64,000 nucleotides of DNA from Candidatus Tayloriibacteriota bacterium (lineage in GTDB: Bacteria > Patescibacteriota > Minisyncoccia > Phycocordibacterales > PALSA-1337): assembly GCA_037130865.1 (NCBI GenBank), contig JBAXSG010000001.1, positions 41,429 to 105,428 on the forward strand. Direction: 5' to 3'. Each line of letters starts with the position of its first letter. Position 1 is the first letter of the stretch. The notes beneath the pieces were generated by a model that saw nothing but the letters and a program-made list of their open reading frames with translations, had not been told where the DNA came from and did not search any database. Made by a program: the position numbers and the translations under genes. This document shows positions 8,127 through 17,586 of this stretch, piece after piece.

Positions 8127-9359
8127 CTAGATAACATTCACAAGTGAATACATCGGTGAGATCATAGAGATAGCAAAGAAAGCAACAGCAGCACCTATAA
8201 AGACGATCAGGAATGGCTCAATAATCGTAGACATGTCCTTGGTCTTTTGTTCAACATCTTCTTCATAATAATGAGCCACACCTGATAGCATATCCGCAAC
8301 CTTACCAGTCTCTTCACCAACACTTAACATCTCTGCCAAGAAAACCGGATAAGTTTTCGTATTTTCAGAAAAAATCTTCGACATCGAGTCTCCTTTACTT
8401 ATGGCTGTACGAGCTTTTATCAAGACAGATCTGAAGTGGACGTTTTGCACAACAGATGCAGTTATCTCCAGAGAATCGACTACACCAACACCGGATTTCA
8501 TAAGCGAAGATAGAGTACGGGCGGTGCGAGCAGCATTGATCTCTTGGACCAGGGATCCTATAAGTGGTATTTTCAAAATCATCGCATGTACCACTGCCTT
8601 ACCAGATGCACGCTTCGACCATAGATATATAGTGCCGCCAACAATCACCAAGATTATAGCTACAAATAGGCCATGATAACGAATAGCGTCGCTGATATTC
8701 AGGAGAATTCTGGTCGAGATCGGTAAAGCTACATTCAAATCCAGGAAAGTCTTCATCAAGGTTGGTACCACGAATATAAACATGAGTACACCGACAATAA
8801 GCATCACTCCGATTATGACTGCTGGATACAACATAGCTCCGCGAATGCGTCTCTCCAATTCATAAGAGCTCTCTAGCTGCGCAGCCAATATATGTAGAGA
8901 CTCAGCCAGATTTCCTCCTTGTTCACCAGCATGAACCATCGATACAAAGAGTGGTGAAAATACTTTCGGATATGCTACCAATGCTTTTGCAAGAGTTTGC
9001 CCGCCATCAACACTGGTATTTATATCTACTAGGACCTTTTTCAAACTAGCATTTCTGGCCTCCTTGATGATTACCCCCAAAGCGCGTGAAAGTGGTAGTC
9101 CGGCTTCTAACATCGATCCCAAATTCCTGGCCATATTTATCTTTTCTATAGGTTTTACTCTGCCAGATAAGAAAGGTATGTTTATATTCAGTTTGAAGAA
9201 ATCAGCACCAAAGACAGAGTTCTTCTTTTCTTTTACAGAAATAACTTCAGTACCATCTTCGCGCAACATATGATAAAGATCATAACGATCTTTCGCTTCT
9301 TTCACAGAAGAATATACTTCGCCGCTAGATTTTTTGGCTTTGAAAATGAATTTGGACAT
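8127..9359 (-). CDS. pilC: type IV pilus assembly platform protein PilC (GspF family)
   Basis: 410-aa polytopic membrane protein with the two GspF repeats (e.g. ...GLPLSRALGV..., ...LLESGVPILEAL-type segments) and three TM regions. It sits immediately downstream of pilB. Confidence 0.88.
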   Translation of the reverse strand: MSKFIFKAKKSSGEVYSSVKEAKDRYDLYHMLREDGTEVISVKEKKNSVFGADFFKLNINIPFLSGRVKPIEKINMARNLGSMLEAGLPLSRALGVIIKEARNASLKKVLVDINTSVDGGQTLAKALVAYPKVFSPLFVSMVHAGEQGGNLAESLHILAAQLESSYELERRIRGAMLYPAVIIGVMLIVGVLMFIFVVPTLMKTFLDLNVALPISTRILLNISDAIRYHGLFVAIILVIVGGTIYLWSKRASGKAVVHAMILKIPLIGSLVQEINAARTARTLSSLMKSGVGVVDSLEITASVVQNVHFRSVLIKARTAISKGDSMSKIFSENTKTYPVFLAEMLSVGEETGKVADMLSGVAHYYEEDVEQKTKDMSTIIEPFLIVFIGAAVAFFAISMISPMYSLVNVI

Positions 9360-9360
9360 T

Positions 9361-11142
9361 TTATTCTGAAACTACACGAAAGACTTCTTCTATCGTCGTC
9401 AATCCTTGGACGCATTTGAATATTCCATCCTCGAGCATGGTAAGCATCCCCTCTTTTTTGGCTTGTGCCTCAATAACACCAGAAGTGGAATTCTTCATAA
9501 CCAAGTCTTTTATACTTGGAGTCATCTTCAAGACTTCATGAATTCCGACTCGACCCTTGAAGCCATCGTCTGCAGCAGTCGTGGCAGCAGCACCATCAGT
9601 AGTGCTAGAAGGTACGGCTTTGTATAGAGAAATGGTCTTCCACGAATCGTCTTTTTTGATTATATTCTCCTTTTTTAGAGCCTCTAGAACGCGTTCTGTA
9701 TCTACAGCTTTCATAAGTTGCGCCAATTGATCAGCCGAAAGTTTATATGCTTGCTTCGAGTCAGTGAGTTTTCTGACCAATCGTTGTCCTATGACTATGT
9801 CCAATGTTGACACCAATAAAAATGGTTCAACTTTCATATCAAGTAGTCTTGGAATAGCGCCTGCAGCGGAGTTTGTGTGCAAAGTAGAGAGAACTAAGTG
9901 ACCAGTCAAAGCTGCATTCACAGCCAAAGCGGCAGTTTCGTCGTCACGGATCTCACCAACCATAATAATATCCGGGTCTTGGCGTACTAGAGTACGGATA
10001 CCTTGAGCAAAAGAAAAACCTATCTCTGGACGGACTTGTGTCTGATTGACTCGAGGCAACTGATATTCTATAGGATCTTCAATGGTAGATATATTTACAT
10101 GTGGTGTATTCAATACATCGAGCATTGTATAGAGCGAAGTGGTCTTTCCGGAACCGGTCGGTCCTGTAGTAAGGATCATGCCTGTTGTGACATTGAGAGC
10201 GTGGTGAATACATTCCAGCGCTTCACCATGAAAATGCAAAGACTCCAGAGTAAAACCAGTGATACTTTCTCGAAGCAAGCGCATCACTATCTTTTCTCCA
10301 TAATATGTCGGCAATATAGAGACACGAAAAGCGACCTTTTCATTATTTAAATCTAGTTTGAAGCGACCGTCTTGTGGCAAACGCTTCTCATCCAACTTGA
10401 GTGCGGCCAAGACTTTTATACGTGCAGAAACTGATGGTCCAGCCTCTTTCGGTAAAACCATTGCGTCATGCAACATGCCATCTATTCGATATCTGACGAG
10501 GACTTGATCATCCATAGGCTCTATATGAATATCAGATGCGCCTTGTATAGCAGCGTGCTTGACCAAAGTGTCTACAATACGCACTACAGGCAAGTCTTCA
10601 GCGAGTTTCTTCAAATCTGTCTCCGAATCGGTGCTTCCGACACGACTTTTTGCCAAATCTTTCAGAGTAGCTGTATCCTTTTGCAAAATATCACCAAACT
10701 CTGCCTTCAAGCTCTTTTGGTATTGGACCAATGCTTCGCGCATAGAGTCCGTATCTGTGAGACGCGGTAAAATCTTTATATTTACTTTCTTTTTTATAAA
10801 ATCTATAGCCGACAAATCGTTCACATCCAACATAGCTACCTCAAGTCCAGCATCACTCTTCTTAAATGCTACGATATTGTGACCACGAGCAATCGGTTCT
10901 GGTATGAGAGACAGTATATCGAAGGGTATTTTTTCTCCTTTCAGGTCTACGAAAGAAATACCTATAACATAGGCTTGCATACGACGGAGATTGTCAGCTG
11001 TTATCCTGCCAGAAGATATCAGTACATCTCCAAGGCGTTTGCTGGAAGCTTCTGATTCTTTCTTGGCGTCGTCGAGATCAGTCTTGGATACAAGTCCTGA
11101 ATCAGAAATAAATTTATAGAGCTGGGCGTCTTCTGCGAACAT
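9361..11142 (-). CDS. pilB: type IV pilus assembly ATPase PilB (GspE family)
   Basis: 593 aa with an N-terminal GSPII-type domain, Walker A TGPTGSGKTTSLY, Asp box, Walker B DPDIIMVGEIRD and His box LVLSTLHTNSAAGAI. Confidence 0.9.
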   Translation of the reverse strand: MFAEDAQLYKFISDSGLVSKTDLDDAKKESEASSKRLGDVLISSGRITADNLRRMQAYVIGISFVDLKGEKIPFDILSLIPEPIARGHNIVAFKKSDAGLEVAMLDVNDLSAIDFIKKKVNIKILPRLTDTDSMREALVQYQKSLKAEFGDILQKDTATLKDLAKSRVGSTDSETDLKKLAEDLPVVRIVDTLVKHAAIQGASDIHIEPMDDQVLVRYRIDGMLHDAMVLPKEAGPSVSARIKVLAALKLDEKRLPQDGRFKLDLNNEKVAFRVSILPTYYGEKIVMRLLRESITGFTLESLHFHGEALECIHHALNVTTGMILTTGPTGSGKTTSLYTMLDVLNTPHVNISTIEDPIEYQLPRVNQTQVRPEIGFSFAQGIRTLVRQDPDIIMVGEIRDDETAALAVNAALTGHLVLSTLHTNSAAGAIPRLLDMKVEPFLLVSTLDIVIGQRLVRKLTDSKQAYKLSADQLAQLMKAVDTERVLEALKKENIIKKDDSWKTISLYKAVPSSTTDGAAATTAADDGFKGRVGIHEVLKMTPSIKDLVMKNSTSGVIEAQAKKEGMLTMLEDGIFKCVQGLTTIEEVFRVVSE

Positions 11143-11226
11143 GGATATATTTTAACATAAAAAAAAGTACACAGCTCCACCCTTTCAAAGGAGCTATGTA
11201 CTTTCCGGCGTGATGCCGAATGATTT

Positions 11227-11937
11227 TTAGTTTTTGCTGTTAGCGCTGCTAGCGACGGTTTTCTCCGGATTGTTTCGGAGATGTAGTATTCCACCGGGGA
11301 AACCACTCGTCCTAAGGACTTCCTGCAGGGGATAGTAGTCCACCTGAAGGCCCTTACCTTCTCTGCCGCTACGGCGATAGATCGTCACGATTGAGACTGG
11401 TGGACAATTGTGTTCGATTTGTCCATTCGTTACGAAGAAGTGGTGTTCTCCCTCATCGAAGTCTGCCAACTCCCCGCCCTTTTCGCTCTGACGATTCAAT
11501 CCCTGAAGACCTAACTCAATCTGAATCGGGCTGAATATCGCCTTAAGCTCTATAAGCTTTCCGGCGAACTTCATCAGAGCTTCCTCATAAGCTCGCCGAG
11601 AAAAGAGTTCAGACGATGCATCGAGACCCAACGCCAACGAGGCTTTGTACAGCAGATCTGGATCTTCGGCCTTGTTGACCATCTGACAAGTTGTCCAGAG
11701 GCCATCACCCGACGGCGGCACTATCTTGGCCATACCAGAAAAGAATTCCTGGTCGATCCTGAACATGGCTTGCTTCGCTGTGTTTTTGCTACAGAAGCAT
11801 GCCTCCGAGACTATAGATGGACATTGTTGAACCTGGATACCGGTCTCTATAAATTTCACCGGACCCGAACAACTCACTGTTGGTTGATTAGTCTGTTTAA
11901 CTTGAGCGACCATTTTTCCTCCTCGTGGTATTGCCAC
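11227..11937 (-). CDS. hypothetical Cys-containing protein on an elevated-GC segment
   Basis: 236-aa ORF with C-x-C and HNCPP motifs and no family recognised. It is co-oriented with, and downstream of, the LeuD-like gene. Confidence 0.35.
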   Translation of the reverse strand: MAIPRGGKMVAQVKQTNQPTVSCSGPVKFIETGIQVQQCPSIVSEACFCSKNTAKQAMFRIDQEFFSGMAKIVPPSGDGLWTTCQMVNKAEDPDLLYKASLALGLDASSELFSRRAYEEALMKFAGKLIELKAIFSPIQIELGLQGLNRQSEKGGELADFDEGEHHFFVTNGQIEHNCPPVSIVTIYRRSGREGKGLQVDYYPLQEVLRTSGFPGGILHLRNNPEKTVASSANSKN

Positions 11938-11961
11938 TTTTGTTTATGTTAATGTTCACGA

Positions 11962-12402
11962 TTATGCGATAGAGTAAGGGATATCATATCCACCACCACT
12001 ACCGTTGCTGATGAAGATTCTCTGTGTCTTTGTGTCAATCTTCAACATGTTCAATGCCCTCGGTATACCACTGACAATGTCGCAGTGATATGAGGGTGGC
12101 AGTACAACACATACAAGACCTAGACTCTTAACACTCGCACGGAAACCATCATCGAAAGACGGTGCAATCACTACCTTGATACCGTAATTCTTGATCTGGC
12201 TCGCGGCGAATGCTCTACTTGGCCCTTGACCGAAACCATTCTCCACAACCATGATTACGGCCGGGGTAACTTGATATCTCTCATCGAGCTTATGGGGGTC
12301 TTTACCCAACCGCTCAAGTTTATCGGTACATACATCACCAGCGCTTATATTTTCGCCTGGCCAATGAAATGCCCTACCTTTAATGATCTGATTATCTGCC
12401 AC
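11962..12402 (-). CDS. aconitase-swivel-domain protein (LeuD-like small subunit)
   Basis: IKGRAFHWPGENISAGDV...VIMVVENGFGQGPSRAFAASQIKNYGIKVVIAPSFDDGFRASVKSLGLVCVVL matches the LeuD/aconitase C-terminal pattern (GxNFGCGSSRExA...GI.xVIAxSFADIF...GLLPI). Confidence 0.55.
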   Translation of the reverse strand: MADNQIIKGRAFHWPGENISAGDVCTDKLERLGKDPHKLDERYQVTPAVIMVVENGFGQGPSRAFAASQIKNYGIKVVIAPSFDDGFRASVKSLGLVCVVLPPSYHCDIVSGIPRALNMLKIDTKTQRIFISNGSGGGYDIPYSIA

Positions 12403-12647
12403 AAACCACCTCCTGTTGTTTCAATGTTTCACCACCTCATGATTCAGCATAAAATCTAGCGAATCTAATAGAACCATATAATAAAAAATGAAACCATGCA
12501 ATAGGCTTTACTTCCTTCATTACTTATGCTACATTACTTCCGTAATCAGTTCGCCCGACCGGCGGACTTATTTGTTAGAAGGGTGCCATCGGCGCCACAG
12601 TAAAATTTAATAAAAACTAAATAACAACGCGCATAAGCGCTAAATAC

Positions 12648-13901
12648 ATGGAAAACATATTTGATTTGAAAGTAATAAACGCAGTCGTAGCACAACTAGA
12701 AGAAGAGCGTGGTATTCCTAAAGAAAAGACTTGGGAGGCTATCGCTATGGCTATGGCTACTGCTTATAAAAAAGAGTATGGAAAGAAAGGTCAGATCGTC
12801 CGTGCTTCATTTGACCAAAATACCGGTGCAACCGAGTTCTGGCAAGTGAAAATAGTCGTCGATCGCAATCAAGTCATCATGGAAGGTGATGAGGATGCTA
12901 CTCATGAGGATATTAAGGACGCGGCTATTGAAGATATCAAGATCCGCTTCAATACAGAACAGCATATGCTTATTGAAGACGCTCGCAGGATCAAGAAAGA
13001 TGCTGTTATTGGTGATGAGCTAGTATTCCCTCTCGAAGCCAAGGCTGATTTCGGTCGCATTGCTGCACAAACAGCCAAGCAGATAATCATCCAAAAGATT
13101 CGTGAAGCAGAGAAGGTCTCAGTCATGAGTGAATATGGTCAAAAAGAAGGCGAGATCGTCGCTGGAACTGTCGAGCGTGTTGAACGCGGAATGGTTCACA
13201 TCGATATGGGTCGCGCTGTTGGTCTTATACCTTATGAAGAGCAGATTCCTAGCGAACGCTGGAAGACTGGCGATCGTATCCGTGCTTATCTCTACGCCGT
13301 GGAGGAAACTCCTCGTGGTATTGTCTTGAAACTTTCTCGTTCACATCCAAAATTCCTTGCAAAACTCTTTGAGACTGAAACTCCAGAGATTGCCAACGGC
13401 ACAGTCGAGATAAAGGCTATTGCTCGCGAAGCCGGTTCTCGTTCCAAGATTGCTGTCATCTCTCATGATCTACACATCGATCCTATCGGTTCAATGGTCG
13501 GCCAACGCGGTGTTCGTGTTTCTACTGTTACCAGCGAACTGTCCGGTGAAAAGATAGATATCGTCGAATGGAATGAGGATCCAGCTTTGTTCATAGAAGA
13601 GGCTCTATCCCCTGCAGAAGTGATCAGTCTTGAACTTGATGAGGTCGCACATCGTGCCATCATCACTGTTACAGAAGAGGAGCAATCTCTCGCTATTGGT
13701 AAAGGTGGTCAAAATGTCCGCCTAGCCGCAAAGCTCACTGGTTGGAAGATCGATATTAAATCTTCTGGCGGAAAAGAGGTCGCTGAAGCAGATGTTGACG
13801 AAATCGAAGCAGCCGTCGAAGACAGCAAGGAAGTGAAAGAAGAGATAAAGAAGGTGGAGGAGGAAATTGCTACTCCAGCCAAAGAAGAGAAGAAGAAATA
13901 A
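12648..13901 (+). CDS. nusA: transcription termination/antitermination factor NusA
   Basis: 417 aa. N-terminal RNAP-binding domain, S1 domain (GEIVAGTVERVERGMVHIDMG) and tandem KH domains (GQRGVRVSTVTSELSGEKIDIVEW). Lys/Glu-rich tail. Confidence 0.92.
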   Translation: MENIFDLKVINAVVAQLEEERGIPKEKTWEAIAMAMATAYKKEYGKKGQIVRASFDQNTGATEFWQVKIVVDRNQVIMEGDEDATHEDIKDAAIEDIKIRFNTEQHMLIEDARRIKKDAVIGDELVFPLEAKADFGRIAAQTAKQIIIQKIREAEKVSVMSEYGQKEGEIVAGTVERVERGMVHIDMGRAVGLIPYEEQIPSERWKTGDRIRAYLYAVEETPRGIVLKLSRSHPKFLAKLFETETPEIANGTVEIKAIAREAGSRSKIAVISHDLHIDPIGSMVGQRGVRVSTVTSELSGEKIDIVEWNEDPALFIEEALSPAEVISLELDEVAHRAIITVTEEEQSLAIGKGGQNVRLAAKLTGWKIDIKSSGGKEVAEADVDEIEAAVEDSKEVKEEIKKVEEEIATPAKEEKKK

Positions 13902-13913
13902 TTTCGCGAAAAA

Positions 13914-14669
13914 CTATTTCAATTGTTTGCGGCCGGTTCTACCGGCTGCTTTCAATTCTATTTTCACTTCACGGATATGCTTCTCTGGTTTTAGATTCTC
14001 TGGCATGGTACCGCCGAGGTCTTTTATTGCTTGACGGACTTTCTCGCCAACCTGTTGATGGGTTTTGCGTGCATCAAGATCACCTCTTACTTGTTCTCTT
14101 TTAAGTTTTGCTTCTGTTTGAGTGATTCTAAACCAATTTGCTCCCAATTCTTCCGAACCAGATCGATCCAATAGTTCGCCAGATCTAATATTTTTCTTCT
14201 CTTCGATTTGTGACAGCGGCATTCCATACAAACCCTTATATCCAGCATCATTGAATAGACCAAAATGTGAAACACCTGCCTGCTTGGCCGCACTGAATAA
14301 AAATCTATTTTTATCAGCCACATCACCTCTCATGTGAATCCTTTTCTCTTTATCAGATAAGTTCTGAAATATTTCTTGCCTGCGCGTTTGAATGGCAAAA
14401 TACGTCTGAGCTAAAGCGATCTGTGGTTTTGTTGGGTCACCGTTTTGTGCGATGAGATAACATGCATACCTATCTAATTTGAAGTCGTCAAGTTTTCTAA
14501 TCGTTCCGTGGCCTACTTGCGTCATATTGCTGATATCAGCAATATGATCGGCAAAATCCTGACCACTGCTAATACATGACTTTTTTGCCTTTTTAATAAC
14601 ATCTACAAAATTCCTCCACTGAACATAACCAAGCACTTGTGCAAGTTCCCTCGCCGTCCAATACTCCAC
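13914..14669 (-). CDS. dinD: DNA-damage-inducible protein D homolog
   Basis: ARELAQVLGYVQWRNF...RYACYLIAQNGDPTKPQIALAQTYFAIQTRRQE...GYKGLYG...FRITQTEAKLKRE...GEKVRQAIKDLGGTMPE matches E. coli DinD block for block. Confidence 0.82.
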   Translation of the reverse strand: MEYWTARELAQVLGYVQWRNFVDVIKKAKKSCISSGQDFADHIADISNMTQVGHGTIRKLDDFKLDRYACYLIAQNGDPTKPQIALAQTYFAIQTRRQEIFQNLSDKEKRIHMRGDVADKNRFLFSAAKQAGVSHFGLFNDAGYKGLYGMPLSQIEEKKNIRSGELLDRSGSEELGANWFRITQTEAKLKREQVRGDLDARKTHQQVGEKVRQAIKDLGGTMPENLKPEKHIREVKIELKAAGRTGRKQLK

Positions 14670-15004
14670 ACCATTTTCATCAAATTTCTTTATAGATTCA
14701 AAATCTTTACTTGGGCCGATAGGTTCAACAACTTCTAACGAATCATTTTTTGATTCATAATATTTTATTAGATTAAATTATTAATACTAAACCGAGAAAC
14801 AAAGTCTAGTCCAAATCACTAGAAATGGGGCTGATAGGCCGATGAAGTATGTCAATTATATCACCAGAAAAAGTTTTGCAATCTACCGTGCGTCAAGATT
14901 TTGTTTTGTAATGCAAAAAATATCTTTGTAGAGAAATTGTTCCATTCCTTATATAGATATATGCCTAATCTGTCTTGATCCTGCTTTCGTGATATACTGC
15001 TCTT

Positions 15005-15697
15005 ATGAAAAAATATCAATTCACAGGTGCTTTTCTAGCCCTATCTTTAATAGTTTCACCAATCCTAGTCTACGGACAAGTTCGTGAACAAAAGGACAAT
15101 CAAAGACCCAATCAAAGTGACAACGAAAATGCCAAGCCGATAATAATGCCTTACCGAGTAGGGACTTCCACTCCAAAAGTATTCAGTTCGACAACTCGTC
15201 AGGATATACAAGAAAATATCCGCCAACAGATCGATCAGAAGCGCAACGAAATTAACGATAACCGCAAAGAGCTTCGTGTCGATATATTCAAACTCCAACA
15301 GAACAATATCACGAGACAACTCGAGCGCTCTTTGGAAAACCTCAAGCAAGTGAGCTCTCGTATCAGTGCTCGTATAACAAAGGCTGAACAAAGCGGAAAA
15401 ACCATGACTTCAGCAAAAGCCTTGCTTGTTATAGCAGAAGAAAAAATGACTGCTGCTGAAACTGCGGTTGCTTTATTTGTAGCTTACAGTCCTACAGCAT
15501 CAAGTACTATCGCTTCTACAAGCACAGCTGCTACTTCCACAAATATTCAACTCGATAAACCTCGTCAGGTTGCTTCTACTGCAATAACAGCGATAAAGAG
15601 CGCCAAAGACGCATTGAATGCTGTTGTTGTTTCCATTGCACAAGACATGGGTATTAACCTTAGTGATAGTCCAATATCAAATACAGAAAATAAATAG
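15005..15697 (+). CDS. hypothetical secreted coiled-coil protein
   Basis: Signal peptide MKKYQFTGAFLALSLIVSPILVYGQ. Gln/Arg-rich heptad region and a low-complexity Ser/Thr/Ala C-terminus. Confidence 0.5.
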   Translation: MKKYQFTGAFLALSLIVSPILVYGQVREQKDNQRPNQSDNENAKPIIMPYRVGTSTPKVFSSTTRQDIQENIRQQIDQKRNEINDNRKELRVDIFKLQQNNITRQLERSLENLKQVSSRISARITKAEQSGKTMTSAKALLVIAEEKMTAAETAVALFVAYSPTASSTIASTSTAATSTNIQLDKPRQVASTAITAIKSAKDALNAVVVSIAQDMGINLSDSPISNTENK

Positions 15698-15721
15698 TTT
15701 AAAAGCATAAAATAAAGCAAT

Positions 15722-16009
15722 ATGGACACAAACAATCAAACAACCCAACCAACAGAACACAGAAAGATTGGACCAATCGTAGTAACTCTAGTGGTTGTAC
15801 TGGTACTAGTCATCGTAGCTCTATACATGTTTGCATCAAGAATAAGCCAGCAAGGTGCTCCAGATATGACCAAGTCCGATACTTCGACGGCTCCAGTAGT
15901 CCAACAACCTCAAACAGTACCAACTGTCACAAACACAGCAGACGATGTTCAATCATTGAAAGATGACCTCAATGCTTCTGTAAGTGGTCTAGATAGTCAG
16001 AATTTCTAA
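15722..16009 (+). CDS. hypothetical small membrane protein
   Basis: One TM helix (IGPIVVTLVVVLVLVIVALYMFA) followed by a Thr/Pro/Val-rich tail. Confidence 0.4.
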   Translation: MDTNNQTTQPTEHRKIGPIVVTLVVVLVLVIVALYMFASRISQQGAPDMTKSDTSTAPVVQQPQTVPTVTNTADDVQSLKDDLNASVSGLDSQNF

Positions 16010-16067
16010 TTTATAGATATATAGATATTTTCTTGCAGTTTTTTCATTATCCGTGTAAACTCACGAC

Positions 16068-17138
16068 ATGAAAAACTACACATCTGCTACTATTAATAAA
16101 GCTGGAAAATCCCAAATAGAAATTGTTGGATCTATTTCTGCTGAAGTTCTCGGCTCTTACCGTGCGAAGGCATTAAAAAATATAAATGATTCCATATCCA
16201 TAGACGGATTCCGCAAAGGCTTTGTACCTGAAAATATCCTAGTAGCCAAGGTTGGCGCCATGGCTATCTTGGAAGAGATGGCGGAGATGGCTATTTCCAA
16301 GGCTTATTTCGATATCATAGTCGATAACAAGATCGATGCTATCGGCAGGCCTGCAACACAGATCACTAAACTTGCAGAGAACAATCCTCTAGAGTTCAAA
16401 ATAACCACAGCTGTCATGCCAGAGATATCTCTACCGGATTACAAGAAGATCGCCGAAAAAGAAGTTAAAAAATCTGCCAAGGATAGTGACGAGCTCAAAG
16501 TAAATGACAAAGATATTGAAGAGGTTATTCTGCGTATCCGTAAATCCCACGCTTCTCACGAAGGTCATGATCATGAGAAAATGTCCCCAGAAGACCACGA
16601 GAAAGCGGTGATGGCTAACCTACCAGAACTAACAGATGATTTCGTGAAGAAATTGGGCGATTTCGCCGATGTTCCAGATTTCAAAGTGAAGCTATCTGCG
16701 ATGATTGCTGAACAGAAACAAAACGAAGCCAAGGATAAGCGTCGTATCCGTATCGCTGATGCAATAGCCGAGGAGACGAAAGTCGAGCTGCCAGATATCA
16801 TGGTGGAAAGCGAGCTTCATCGTACAGAATCACAATTCGCCGCCGATATAGAAAGGATGGGTGTCAAACTCGATGATTATCTGAAACATGCCAAGAAAAC
16901 TCTTGAGGATATGAAAAAGGAGTGGAGGCCTTATGCAGAAAAAAAGGCTAAGTTGCAGCTGATTCTAAACTCTATTTCAGCCGCCGAAGACATAAAGCCA
17001 GAACCGGAAGAGGTTGAAGAAGAAGTAGACCATATCGTCGAACACTATAAGGATGCAGATCGCGAGAGTGCGCGCACATATGCAGAGACCGTCCTCACAA
17101 ATGAGAAAGTGTTCCAGTGGTTAGAGAAGACGGAGTAG
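16068..17138 (+). CDS. tig: trigger factor lacking the PPIase domain
   Basis: The N-terminal ribosome-binding domain carries the GFRKGFVP signature (GFRxGxxP). The C-terminal chaperone arm is present. No FKBP-type PPIase segment is visible in the 356 aa. Confidence 0.72.
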   Translation: MKNYTSATINKAGKSQIEIVGSISAEVLGSYRAKALKNINDSISIDGFRKGFVPENILVAKVGAMAILEEMAEMAISKAYFDIIVDNKIDAIGRPATQITKLAENNPLEFKITTAVMPEISLPDYKKIAEKEVKKSAKDSDELKVNDKDIEEVILRIRKSHASHEGHDHEKMSPEDHEKAVMANLPELTDDFVKKLGDFADVPDFKVKLSAMIAEQKQNEAKDKRRIRIADAIAEETKVELPDIMVESELHRTESQFAADIERMGVKLDDYLKHAKKTLEDMKKEWRPYAEKKAKLQLILNSISAAEDIKPEPEEVEEEVDHIVEHYKDADRESARTYAETVLTNEKVFQWLEKTE

Positions 17139-17167
17139 AAAAGGATGTGAAATTGAAAATAGAAAAA

Positions 17168-17200
17168 GGGTCGTCCACCACCGGACGGCCCTTTTCTGAT
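17168..17200. terminator. bidirectional rho-independent terminator between tig and the downstream minus-strand ORF
   Basis: GGGTCGTCC-ACCACC-GGACGGCCC stem-loop with an A-tract on one side and a T-tract on the other. Confidence 0.6.
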
Positions 17201-17229
17201 TTACCACGACAGCATTATTGTCATCGTGT

Positions 17230-17487
17230 TTATATTGCGTGAACAGCTGCCAGACTAAAGGCTGCTTTCATTGGGGATAGACCCAGAACAGAGGTCTTAC
17301 CACCACCAATAGTCGGTGCAAAAACTGTCCATGCAGATGGTCCGACGCGTCGAAGATTGACCTTCTCATTGCGAGCCGAGACCCAAAGCCGTAGCTTCGG
17401 ATCCCAGTAGAATGTCCTCTTGTGACGGCCTTGTCTAACCACGCAAACACCTTTCAATGGTGTATGAATGTCTTTATTCATGGTCAC
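17230..17487 (-). CDS. hypothetical small basic protein (doubtful)
   Basis: 85-aa ORF in a GC-richer patch with no motifs. It could be spurious. Confidence 0.2.
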   Translation of the reverse strand: MTMNKDIHTPLKGVCVVRQGRHKRTFYWDPKLRLWVSARNEKVNLRRVGPSAWTVFAPTIGGGKTSVLGLSPMKAAFSLAAVHAI

Positions 17488-17586
17488 CCCTTTCCATGGA
17501 ACAGACTATAGCATCCATACCGAAAAAGCTAGTCATTGAATGAGGTCACCTATTTCCGCACTCTGCTGGTAATTATGTGAAATCGC

